DNA from: Cephaloticoccus sp.
Lineage (GTDB): Bacteria > Verrucomicrobiota > Verrucomicrobiia > Opitutales > Opitutaceae
Length of the DNA stretch: 64,000 nucleotides
Reading direction: 5' to 3'
Assembly: GCA_021734075.1 (NCBI GenBank)
Contig: JAIPJW010000003.1
Span: 225-64,224, forward strand
A program made the translations under genes and the position numbers. Every line of letters starts with the position of its first letter. The stretch's first letter is position 1. Positions 38,503 through 46,570 of this stretch are shown here, piece after piece. Under the pieces are notes generated by a model. It had not been told where the DNA came from. It worked only from the letters and a program-made list of their open reading frames with translations, and searched no databases.

Positions 38503-40602
38503 ATGGCCAAGAATAAATCTTCCAAGAAATCCGACCAACCAGAACTCGAGCTTCCGCTTGATGAAGTCACAGCAGAGCCGGTCAATCCTGCCGGGGAGAC
38601 CGAGGCAACACCTACTGACGAAGAGGGTGAGATCGTCCTCGCGGACAAAACCCGGAGCGGTGAAGCCCCGTTATCTGTGCACTACCGCAAGTGGTTCCTG
38701 GAGTATGCCAGCTATGTGATCCTCGACCGGGCCGTGCCGCATCTGGATGACGGTTTGAAACCGGTGCAACGGCGTGTCCTGCACACGCTCTGGGAAATGG
38801 ATGACGGGCGTTTCCACAAGGTGGCCAACATTGTCGGTTCGACCATGCGCTATCATCCGCATGGCGATGTCTCGATAGCCGCCGCCCTGGTGGGCATTGC
38901 CCAACGCGGTTGGCTGATCGAGCCCCAGGGCAATTTTGGCAACATGCTGACCGGCGACGACGCGGCCGCCTCACGTTACATTGAGGCCCGCCTGACGGCT
39001 TTTGCGCGCGAGGTCATGTTCAACCCCAAGACGACCACATGGCAGCTCAGTTATGACGGGCGCAACAAGGAGCCGGTCACGCTGCCGGCCAAGTTCCCCA
39101 TCACGGTGCTCGAGGGCGCCGAGGGCATTGCCGTCGGACTGGCGACCAAGATCCTGCCGCACAATTTCAACGATATCTGCCGGGCGGCGATCAATCACCT
39201 GCAGGGCAAGACGTTTCGCATCTATCCTGATTTTCCGACCGGTGGCATCGCCGATTTTGCGGAATACAACGACGGTGAACGCGGCGGGCGGGTGAAGATT
39301 CGCGCCAAGATCGAGACCCGCAGCAAATACCTGCTGGCCATCACGGAGCTGCCCTATGGCACCACGACGGTTTCACTGATCGATTCCATTCTGGCGGCCA
39401 ACACCAAGGGCAAGCTCAAGATTCGTCACGTGGATGACAACACGGCGGATGCGGTCGAGATTCTGGTGCACCTGCCGCAGGGCAGCGACCCCGACCAGCT
39501 CATCCAGCAACTTTACGTGTTCACCAACTGCCAGGTCAGCCTGGCTCCGGCGGCCTGTGTAATTGAAAATGACAAGCCGCACTTCCTCGGGGTGCGCGAG
39601 ATTTTGCGGCGCAGCGTGGACCGCACGGTGCTGCTGCTGAAGCTGGAACTGGAGATCAAGCTGGGCGAACTGGAACAGCAATGGCACTGGGATTCGTTGG
39701 AGCGCATTTTCATCGAGGAGCGCATTTACCGGCGGATCGAAAAATCCAAGACTTGGGAGAGCGTGCTGGAGGAAATTCGCGAGGGGTTGAAACCGTTCCT
39801 CAAGGATCTACGCCGGGCGGTGACGGACGAGGACATCACCCGCCTGACCGAGATTCGGATCAAACGCATTTCGGCATACAACCGCTTTCAGGCCGACGAG
39901 CAGATCAAGAAAATCGAGGAGGGGATGAAGACGGTGAAGCACGACCTGAAGCACCTGACGCCCTACGCGATCAAGTGGTTTGAGAACCTGCAGGCCAAAT
40001 TTGGCAAGGGCATCAAGCGGCGCACCTCCTACGATGAGATCGAGCAGATCAGTGCGGCTGAGGTGGTTTCGGCCAACCAGCGGCTGTATGTCAGCCGCAG
40101 CGAGGGTTTCATCGGGTTGAACTGGCGGCAGCACGAATTCGTCACCGAATGCACCATTCTCGACAGCGTGTTGTGCATCATGCAGGACGGTTCGCTCAAG
40201 GTGACCAAGGTCGCGGACAAGGTGTTCATGGGGCGGCAAATCATCCACATCGCCATCTGGCCGCAGGATGGGGACACCAATTTCTACACCATGATCTATC
40301 AGGACAAGGAGTCGGGCAAAGCCTTTGCCAAACGGTTCCAGATCGGTGGCCTCTCCCGCGACAAGCTTTACCCCCTGGTCAAGAGCGAGGGTTCGTCGGT
40401 GGTCTACCTCGACGTCAGTCCCGACGAGAAATCCATGCCCCAGACCGTGCATGTTTCACTGGATGGACGGGGCGGGGCCCGTGTGCGTGAACTCGACTTT
40501 GATTTGAGCCGTGTGCCCATCAGCACCCGGACGGCCAAGGGCCTGACAGTGACCAAATGGAACATCAAGGCCGTGAAGTGCACTGACCTGAAACTGAAAT
40601 GA
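38503..40602 (+). CDS. parC: Type IIA topoisomerase subunit A, topoisomerase IV ParC-like (699 aa, short C-terminal domain)
   Basis: DGLKPVQRRVL, YHPHGD, AASRYIEARL (active-site Tyr). No GyrA-box (QRRGGKG) seen. Confidence 0.9.
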   Translation: MAKNKSSKKSDQPELELPLDEVTAEPVNPAGETEATPTDEEGEIVLADKTRSGEAPLSVHYRKWFLEYASYVILDRAVPHLDDGLKPVQRRVLHTLWEMDDGRFHKVANIVGSTMRYHPHGDVSIAAALVGIAQRGWLIEPQGNFGNMLTGDDAAASRYIEARLTAFAREVMFNPKTTTWQLSYDGRNKEPVTLPAKFPITVLEGAEGIAVGLATKILPHNFNDICRAAINHLQGKTFRIYPDFPTGGIADFAEYNDGERGGRVKIRAKIETRSKYLLAITELPYGTTTVSLIDSILAANTKGKLKIRHVDDNTADAVEILVHLPQGSDPDQLIQQLYVFTNCQVSLAPAACVIENDKPHFLGVREILRRSVDRTVLLLKLELEIKLGELEQQWHWDSLERIFIEERIYRRIEKSKTWESVLEEIREGLKPFLKDLRRAVTDEDITRLTEIRIKRISAYNRFQADEQIKKIEEGMKTVKHDLKHLTPYAIKWFENLQAKFGKGIKRRTSYDEIEQISAAEVVSANQRLYVSRSEGFIGLNWRQHEFVTECTILDSVLCIMQDGSLKVTKVADKVFMGRQIIHIAIWPQDGDTNFYTMIYQDKESGKAFAKRFQIGGLSRDKLYPLVKSEGSSVVYLDVSPDEKSMPQTVHVSLDGRGGARVRELDFDLSRVPISTRTAKGLTVTKWNIKAVKCTDLKLK

Positions 40603-40629
40603 TCGCGTCCCGCTCCGGCCCAGGTCGGG

Positions 40630-41046
40630 TTACTTGAGCACCGTGGGCAATTCTCCGTCGGACAGGTAGACTGCTGTGATTTTGGGCTTGGCGGATGTGG
40701 TGCTCGGGGGAGCGGGGCTCGACTGGGGCGCTTGCCGATGATAAGAGATGGCGGAGTGATCCCGGGGCACCAGAAAGTAGACGAGTTCGCAATCCATGAC
40801 CGCAGCGACCCGTGAGAGTGATCCCAGACTGATGGCCCCCCGGGCTTCGGCTGCCTCCAGATCGGCCAACGATTGTCTGGTCAACTCCAGAGGGCCGGCC
40901 ACCTGCGGTTGACTCAGCCCGAGAGCAGTCCGTATGGTCCGCAGCCATCCCCGGGCAGGTGGTTGGGCGGAAGAGCAGGCGGGCAGGAGGGCAGAGAGTC
41001 GGGCATCCAGCAGGGCAAGCGTTGCGGTGAGGGCAGGAGTTTTCAC
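40630..41046 (-). CDS. HTH protein resembling mobile mystery protein A (XRE-like)
   Basis: GWLRTIRTALGLSQPQVA...LTRQSLADLEAAEARGAISLGSLSRVAAVMDCELVYFLVP matches my recollection of the TIGR02612 family. No ATG is available, so the start is GTG 41046 or GTG 41094. Confidence 0.6.
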   Translation of the reverse strand: MKTPALTATLALLDARLSALLPACSSAQPPARGWLRTIRTALGLSQPQVAGPLELTRQSLADLEAAEARGAISLGSLSRVAAVMDCELVYFLVPRDHSAISYHRQAPQSSPAPPSTTSAKPKITAVYLSDGELPTVLK

Positions 41047-41052
41047 GCAGGA

Positions 41053-41123
41053 TATAACCTTACAAATGATTAAACCACGCAAGGGAAAAATCACGCCAAA
41101 AGCAGGCTATAACCTGCATGATT
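41053..41123. promoter_or_regulatory. Two direct repeats (TATAACCT-N3-6-ATGATT) upstream of or overlapping the HTH gene start; candidate operator
   Basis: TATAACCTTACAAATGATT (41053..41071) and TATAACCTGCATGATTT (41108..41124 approx.), about 54 bp apart. Confidence 0.3.
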
Positions 41124-41370
41124 TGCGGCTTACCGGGCATATGCTCCCCAGTTAATGAAACCACGAATCCATCAGGACACCTCGCAGGGGTGACCAGCAA
41201 TCTGAAGGTTGCGGCCTCCATGCTGGAATAAGTCAAAGGGATGGGAGTCAGGGTTGCTCTTGGTCACCACCAGGGACGCACGTTCCGGCAACTCCGCTCC
41301 CGGACCGAGTCATTATCCGGGCTTTGCTTAACCGGTTGTATTTCCGCCACGGAAACACACTGTTTTTGCC

Positions 41371-42033
41371 ATGTTAAATCGCAACTTACGCCGGGTTTGC
41401 CTGCTGGTGGCAGTCTCGTTTGGGCTCAGTTTGGCGGCGGCCCAGGAGCCCTTGAATCTGTCGGTCGCCAAGGCGGCAGTGATCCGTTATGTCGAATCCG
41501 GCGAATATGATCGCGATCTCGCTCTGGTGGCCGAACGGGCCTGCACCTGGATAGAGGAACGCGCGGCAGAGCAAAAACCAGCTGAGCGCTTGGGTCTGGT
41601 GCTGGATATAGATGAGACTGCGCTCTCCAATTTGGGACACATGCGCGAGATGGACTTCGGTTATGTGCCTGCCCTGTGGGACCAATGGGTGGCCGAGGGC
41701 AACGCTCCGGCCATCATGGCGGTAGGTAAAATTTATCAGGCGGCACGTCAGTCGAATGTGACGGTATTCTTTATCACGGGTCGAAAAGTATCGGACCGAC
41801 CCGGCACCGAAAAAAATTTGGCCGCTGTGGGCATGAGTGATTACCAACAACTCCTGTGCAAACCCAATGGTTCGCTATTGGACACCCGATCATTCAAGAC
41901 CCGGATGCGACAGAATCTGGAGGCCGAGGGCTGGACCCTGATCGCCAATGTCGGTGATCAGGACAGTGATTTGTCGGGCGGGGCTGCGGAACGGACCTTC
42001 AAATTACCGAATCCGTTTTATATGATTCAATAA
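41371..42033 (+). CDS. Secreted HAD-superfamily class B/C acid phosphatase
   Basis: Signal peptide. LVLDIDETALSN (DxDxT), FFITGR, GDQDSDL. Confidence 0.8.
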   Translation: MLNRNLRRVCLLVAVSFGLSLAAAQEPLNLSVAKAAVIRYVESGEYDRDLALVAERACTWIEERAAEQKPAERLGLVLDIDETALSNLGHMREMDFGYVPALWDQWVAEGNAPAIMAVGKIYQAARQSNVTVFFITGRKVSDRPGTEKNLAAVGMSDYQQLLCKPNGSLLDTRSFKTRMRQNLEAEGWTLIANVGDQDSDLSGGAAERTFKLPNPFYMIQ

Positions 42034-42193
42034 TCAGAGCTCATATTGACCTGACGATGGACCGGTAATTTCGGATCCGCCTGCGTCCGGTGATTGCATT
42101 GGGGATGGATTGAATCCGGTGTGAGGCCACGGCTTGCTGAGGGGACCGGGGATGGGCGCAGCAGGATGGAGCGGCCTCGCATATGTGGGGCAC

Positions 42194-42222
42194 GAAAAAG
42201 CCACGCGGGGACCGCGTGGCTG
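42194..42222 (-). terminator. Intrinsic terminator of the coiled-coil gene
   Basis: Minus strand reads AGCCACGCGG-TCC-CCGCGTGGCT followed by TTTTCG, about 25 nt after the stop at 42248. Confidence 0.7.
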
Positions 42223-42247
42223 GGAAACGTGAAGGAATGTTCTGGAA

Positions 42248-43060
42248 TTACTTTTTGGGCTGTTGGGCCTGAATATCGTTCATCCGGTTTTCAATCTCGG
42301 TCATCTTGGCAATCAGTTCCTCGGCGACCTTGTCCTTGTCGCGCTTGTCGACGATATTGAAATGGGCGACGTCCTTGACGATGTTGGCCGGCAGCGTGAG
42401 CAGGCGGGTGATCAATCCCTGGTCCTTTTGGGTGCTGAGATAGAGGGCCGTGATTTCGTGGGCCAGTTTGAGCGAATCCTGTGCGGCCGCCTGGGTTTCC
42501 ATCAGGTTGTTGTTGAGCTGCTGATTCTTTGCGAGTTCGGAGGTAAGGACTGTGCCCACTTGTTCCGAGATGCGTTTGCTGTAGGCGTCGATGGATTCAC
42601 GGGTGAGACCCTGATCCTTGGCCATTTCGGCCAGAATGGGTTGGATTCTCTCCGCCATGCGGGAGGATACCTTGTCCACTTGTTCATTCTGCATTTGCTC
42701 GGCTTCCTCGGGAGTGGAGGGCAGGGGGTTGTAAGGCTGGACCTTCTTGGCGATGGCCTCGGCGAGGGCATCTACTTTTTCCTGGTTCAATTTCGAGATT
42801 TCCTCCTCGGTCATGAACATGTCGGCCTGGCGGTTGGTGATGGCATTCTTGAGCAGCTGATCAATCGCAGCGATTTGGCGGCGATTATCCTCCGAGGCGG
42901 CTTTCAGCGCGTCGTTCTGTTCGCGCAGCGGGGCCAGCTCTTGTTGCTGTGACATCGTCATGTTGGCGATGGTTTGGAGATGAATCCAATAGGCTGCGCC
43001 GACTACGATTATGACGGTCAGCAAGATGGTGGGGAATTGCTCTTTTAGTTTTTGCCACAT
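42248..43060 (-). CDS. Membrane-anchored coiled-coil protein (270 aa), hypothetical
   Basis: Start at ATG 43060 (MWQKLKEQFPTILLTVIIVVGAAYWI, one TM). The remainder is Gln/Glu/Lys/Ala-rich with heptad-like character. Codon usage is visibly more AT-rich than in neighbouring genes. Confidence 0.65.
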   Translation of the reverse strand: MWQKLKEQFPTILLTVIIVVGAAYWIHLQTIANMTMSQQQELAPLREQNDALKAASEDNRRQIAAIDQLLKNAITNRQADMFMTEEEISKLNQEKVDALAEAIAKKVQPYNPLPSTPEEAEQMQNEQVDKVSSRMAERIQPILAEMAKDQGLTRESIDAYSKRISEQVGTVLTSELAKNQQLNNNLMETQAAAQDSLKLAHEITALYLSTQKDQGLITRLLTLPANIVKDVAHFNIVDKRDKDKVAEELIAKMTEIENRMNDIQAQQPKK

Positions 43061-43207
43061 GGTAGGAGTGAGTTGAAGGGGCGGTTGTGAGACTGATGTA
43101 GGGGGAAAGGGTGCCAAATGCAATGCCTTGCTGAGGAAAGGGTTTGCAGTTGTTTTTCAGGCCCGGTGACCCACGTTGGCAGCGTGAGCCTCAACCGCAG
43201 CGAACAA

Positions 43208-43483
43208 ATGATTTTTGATTACTTGGAGGGACAACCCGACGAGAGACACTTTTGGCAGGAAAAAGTTCGAAGTATTGCGCGCAGCACACCGGACGGCCAT
43301 GATGCCGGCCGCCGCTTGGAAGTTGAACTCTGGGCCTACCTGGTCGAACGCAGCGGAGTGGTGTCCCCATTCAAAGAGCAGGCCGAGCGGGAAGGATTGC
43401 CGCGGACGAGCATGCGCAACCTGTCGGACCACCTTTTGCGTCTGTGGACCGTGCCGCGGCCCAAGCCGAAACCCTCCCTCTAA
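43208..43483 (+). CDS. Hypothetical small protein (91 aa)
   Basis: ATG 43208 (MIFDYLEGQPDERHFWQEKV...). Coding-like GC3. No motif recognised. Confidence 0.45.
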   Translation: MIFDYLEGQPDERHFWQEKVRSIARSTPDGHDAGRRLEVELWAYLVERSGVVSPFKEQAEREGLPRTSMRNLSDHLLRLWTVPRPKPKPSL

Positions 43484-43544
43484 GAAGGTCTGGAATCGCG
43501 GTTTGCGCCCGGCCAGTTCCAAGGGTGGGGATGATTTTTTTTAA

Positions 43545-43692
43545 TAATTTTGAAACCAAGATGAAACTTTGGGCCCGGCACCGCGTCTATCCAACCATAC
43601 AACATTTCTCTTCCGCTTAGCGGTTGAGACATTGGGGTAAGTAAGAAAGTAATGGCGGATCGCTTAGGGGTAGGCGATCCGCCTCTTTTTTT
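43545..43692 (+). ncRNA. Candidate small RNA or 5' leader ending in a strong terminator
   Basis: AT-rich tract (GATGATTTTTTTTAATAATTTTGAAACC), then ~100 nt without a credible ORF, then the 43654..43692 terminator. Confidence 0.3.
43654..43692 (+). terminator. Strong intrinsic terminator
   Basis: GGCGGATCGCTTA-GGGG-TAGGCGATCCGCC (13-bp stem with one G-U pair, tetraloop) followed by TCTTTTTTT. Confidence 0.8.
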
Positions 43693-43819
43693 GGCGGCAA
43701 GAGGGTGGGGCGGGGAAACGGGTGCACCTGGAGCAAATCGTGACGGAAGTGAAACATTTAAAATTTTGCGCAACTCCAGCTGGACAAATCGTCCGGTTAT
43801 TCACAACTTACCCACACCG

Positions 43820-45361
43820 ATGGAAAAACTGCGCGGGGCACCAGCCTCTCATTCGCGGCGACGGGTTTCGGGCAAGATTAAGACCTTCGTGCTCGATACG
43901 AATGTCTTACTCCACGACCCGGAATCCATCTTCAAATTCGAAGACAACAATCTGGCCATTCCGGTCGAGGTTCTGGAGGAGCTCGACTCGATCAAGACCG
44001 AGCAATCCACGGAGCGGGGCCGGAATGCCCGCCGGGTGCACCGGATCCTGCAGGAACTCCTGCCGGACTCCCGATCCATGCATGAAGGGGTGAAATTGCC
44101 CAATGGCGGGACCCTTTCGGTGATCATCAATCCTTACCTGATGGACCCGGCTCGCACTTCCCCCGCGATGCAGCGATTGCGGGCGATTCTGCCCGACCTG
44201 TCCAAAAAAGACAACCGCATCATCGCCGCGGCGTTGTTCGTCCAGGAACAGTTTCCGCCCCCAACCGTGTTGGTGACCAAGGATGTCAATGTGCAGCTGA
44301 AGGCCCGCGCCGTGGGGCTGGAGTCCGAGGATTACCTCAACGACAAGGTGCCGGAGGACGTGGAGGAGAGCAGTTATCAGGAGATCGGGGTCAGTGTGCA
44401 TGAGATGCAGCGCTTTTGTTCGGAGGGTGAATTTGACATCGGCGAGGAGGCCGCCCGGACGCTGTATCAGAATGAATATGTGCTGCTGCGCTCGGATGAG
44501 GGCAAGACGATGCCGGCACGTTATTACGGTGACCGCTGTGTGCGGCGGTTGAAGGTGCCGGACTTTGTAAAGGCGCCCGGGGGCATGCCGATCCGGGCGC
44601 GCAATCTGGAGCAGCAATTTTTCATGGATGCGCTGTTGGACGACAGCATCATCATGCTGACCTGTTTCGGCAAGGCGGGCACGGGCAAGACGCTGCTGTC
44701 GATCGCCTGCGCACTGCATCAGACGCACGAGGATCACTCCCGGTATGACGGACTTTCAATTTCGCGACCGGTGATCGCGCTGGGCAAGGACATTGGTTTC
44801 CTGCCCGGCACGCTGGAGGAAAAGATGAAGCCCTGGTTGCAGCCGTATTACGATGCGCTGGAGGTCCTGATCCCCTCCAAGCCCCACAAGGATCCGCAGT
44901 TCGCGGCCATGAAAGTGAGCAAGAAAAAGCACAAAAAGCACGATGAGCATTTCTTCGCGCAATTGCCGCCCGCCCTGCCGAATCACAACGGGCATGTCGG
45001 CGGCAACGGGAGCACGCCCCTGATCAAGCCCTACGAACGGTTGTTGCGCAGCGGTTTGGTGGAAATCGAGGCCCTGGCTTTCATTCGCGGACGCTCCATC
45101 GCCCGGCGATTCTTCATCTTGGACGAGGCGCAGCAACTCACGCCACACGAGGTGAAAACCGTGCTGACCCGCATTTCGGAAGGTTCCAAGATCGTCCTCA
45201 TCGGCGACCCCACGCAAATCGACAATCCTTATGTCGATTCACGCAGCAATGGACTCGTCTATGCGCACAACCGGATGAAGGGCCAGGCCTTGGCGGCCCA
45301 CGTCACCCTCATGAAGGGGGAGCGGTCCAAACTGGCGGAACTTGCGGCCGATCTGCTTTAG
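43820..45361 (+). CDS. PIN-domain plus PhoH-like ATPase (PhoH2/YlaK family)
   Basis: FVLDTNVLLHDP..PVEVLEELD (PIN), GKAGTGKT (Walker A), FFILDEAQ (Walker B). Start at ATG 43820; the longer track ORF would run through the terminator hairpin. Confidence 0.88.
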   Translation: MEKLRGAPASHSRRRVSGKIKTFVLDTNVLLHDPESIFKFEDNNLAIPVEVLEELDSIKTEQSTERGRNARRVHRILQELLPDSRSMHEGVKLPNGGTLSVIINPYLMDPARTSPAMQRLRAILPDLSKKDNRIIAAALFVQEQFPPPTVLVTKDVNVQLKARAVGLESEDYLNDKVPEDVEESSYQEIGVSVHEMQRFCSEGEFDIGEEAARTLYQNEYVLLRSDEGKTMPARYYGDRCVRRLKVPDFVKAPGGMPIRARNLEQQFFMDALLDDSIIMLTCFGKAGTGKTLLSIACALHQTHEDHSRYDGLSISRPVIALGKDIGFLPGTLEEKMKPWLQPYYDALEVLIPSKPHKDPQFAAMKVSKKKHKKHDEHFFAQLPPALPNHNGHVGGNGSTPLIKPYERLLRSGLVEIEALAFIRGRSIARRFFILDEAQQLTPHEVKTVLTRISEGSKIVLIGDPTQIDNPYVDSRSNGLVYAHNRMKGQALAAHVTLMKGERSKLAELAADLL

Positions 45362-45387
45362 GCGGATGGGACCGAACCGCCGGGGAA

Positions 45388-45933
45388 TTACTGCACCGTC
45401 TCGGCCTGGCGTGCCAGCAGCCAAAGAAGGTCGGAAAGTCGGTTGATATATTGCAGCAGCAGGGGCCGGGGATTGCGTCCGTGGTTGGGCAGTTCGGCCA
45501 GTCGGCGTTCCGCCCGCCGGGCCGTCACGCGGGCGGTATCCAAGGCGGCAGCGCGAGGGTTCGCGCCCGGGGTGGCCCAGCCGTCATAAACAAGGCCGGC
45601 GGCTTCGAGCAGGGCAATGCGCTCATCAATGCGGGTCAAGTCATCGGCCTGCAGTCGGGAAAACTTGGAAGCTTCATAACGGGCAATGTCCTTTTCGGCA
45701 CAGGCAATTTCGCCCATCAGGGTTACGAGGTTTTGCTGGAGTGAAGCGATAAAGACGCCGGTTGAAGCATCCCGCGGGTCGAGTTGCATTTTGACGGCAC
45801 CGAGGGCCACATTGAGTTCATCGAGCGTGCCCACGGCTTCGATCTGGGGGTGCGATTTTGGGACCCGCTGGCCATAGAGCAGACTGGTGCTGCCGTCGTC
45901 GCCTTTGCGGGTGGTGATGGATTGCCCGGTCAT
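45388..45933 (-). CDS. PduO-type ATP:cob(I)alamin adenosyltransferase
   Basis: TRKGDDGSTSLLYG, EAVGTLDELN. ATGA overlap with def upstream. Confidence 0.88.
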   Translation of the reverse strand: MTGQSITTRKGDDGSTSLLYGQRVPKSHPQIEAVGTLDELNVALGAVKMQLDPRDASTGVFIASLQQNLVTLMGEIACAEKDIARYEASKFSRLQADDLTRIDERIALLEAAGLVYDGWATPGANPRAAALDTARVTARRAERRLAELPNHGRNPRPLLLQYINRLSDLLWLLARQAETVQ

Positions 45934-46502
45934 GAACTTATCCCAGCGGACTTAGTGGCGAGGGCCAGGGCCTTGATGTCCTTGTCGAGCGCGCTGCGCA
46001 CGGGTTTTTCCATCCGATCAATAAAGAGCACACCGTTCAGGTGGTCCACTTCGTGTTGAATGCACCGCGCGAACAGGCCGTCGGTGGCCAATATGTGCGG
46101 GACGCCGTGTTGATCCATGAATTTCACCGTAATGCCATCGGGACGAATGACATCGCCGCGAATTTCGGGAAAAGACAGACACCCTTCCTCAAACACATAG
46201 TCGTCGGTCCGGGGATTTATCCTGACCACCGGGTTCACCAGGACCATCGGCATGAAGAGCTCCAACGGGGGTTTCGCTCCGTCCAGTTCCCAGGTGAAAT
46301 CGATATCCGCATTGCGCAGATCAACGACGCAAAGTTGCAGGGCATGCCCGACTTGCTGCGCGGCCAAACCGATGCCATGGGCGGCATGCATGGTCGCGAT
46401 CATGGCCTCGGACAAGGCGAGCAAGGCGGCATCAAACTGCGTGATTTTAGCGCCTTTTTCGCGCAATATCGGGGTGTTGTAATGAACAATTTGCAGGGAC
46501 AT
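45930..46502 (-). CDS. def: Peptide deformylase
   Basis: GIGLAAQQVG, EGCLSFP, HEVDHLNG (all three Def motifs). Start at ATG 46502. Confidence 0.93.
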   Translation of the reverse strand: MSLQIVHYNTPILREKGAKITQFDAALLALSEAMIATMHAAHGIGLAAQQVGHALQLCVVDLRNADIDFTWELDGAKPPLELFMPMVLVNPVVRINPRTDDYVFEEGCLSFPEIRGDVIRPDGITVKFMDQHGVPHILATDGLFARCIQHEVDHLNGVLFIDRMEKPVRSALDKDIKALALATKSAGISS

Positions 46503-46570
46503 GGGTCGATGTTTGGTTTGCAAGCGTGGGTTTGCATCTGACCTCCCGCAATTCAATACTCCCACTCCCC

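Noticed and set aside
36538-40602. Compact type IIA topoisomerase pair as a novel topoisomerase or as gyrase
   Set aside because: All canonical ParE/ParC motifs are present and no GyrA box was seen. Short ParC C-terminal domains are known in the PVC/Chlamydia group, so this is ordinary topoisomerase IV.
43652-43819. 5' extension of the PIN-PhoH ORF (track start 43652)
   Set aside because: The extension would be translated straight through the 13-bp terminator hairpin and its T-tract. The PIN domain begins shortly after the ATG at 43820.
43820-45361. PIN-PhoH gene as a toxin-antitoxin or phage-defence module
   Set aside because: PhoH2/YlaK-type fusions are widespread single-copy chromosomal genes. 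No antitoxin ORF or defence-island neighbours are visible. Only the upstream leader is kept as a finding.
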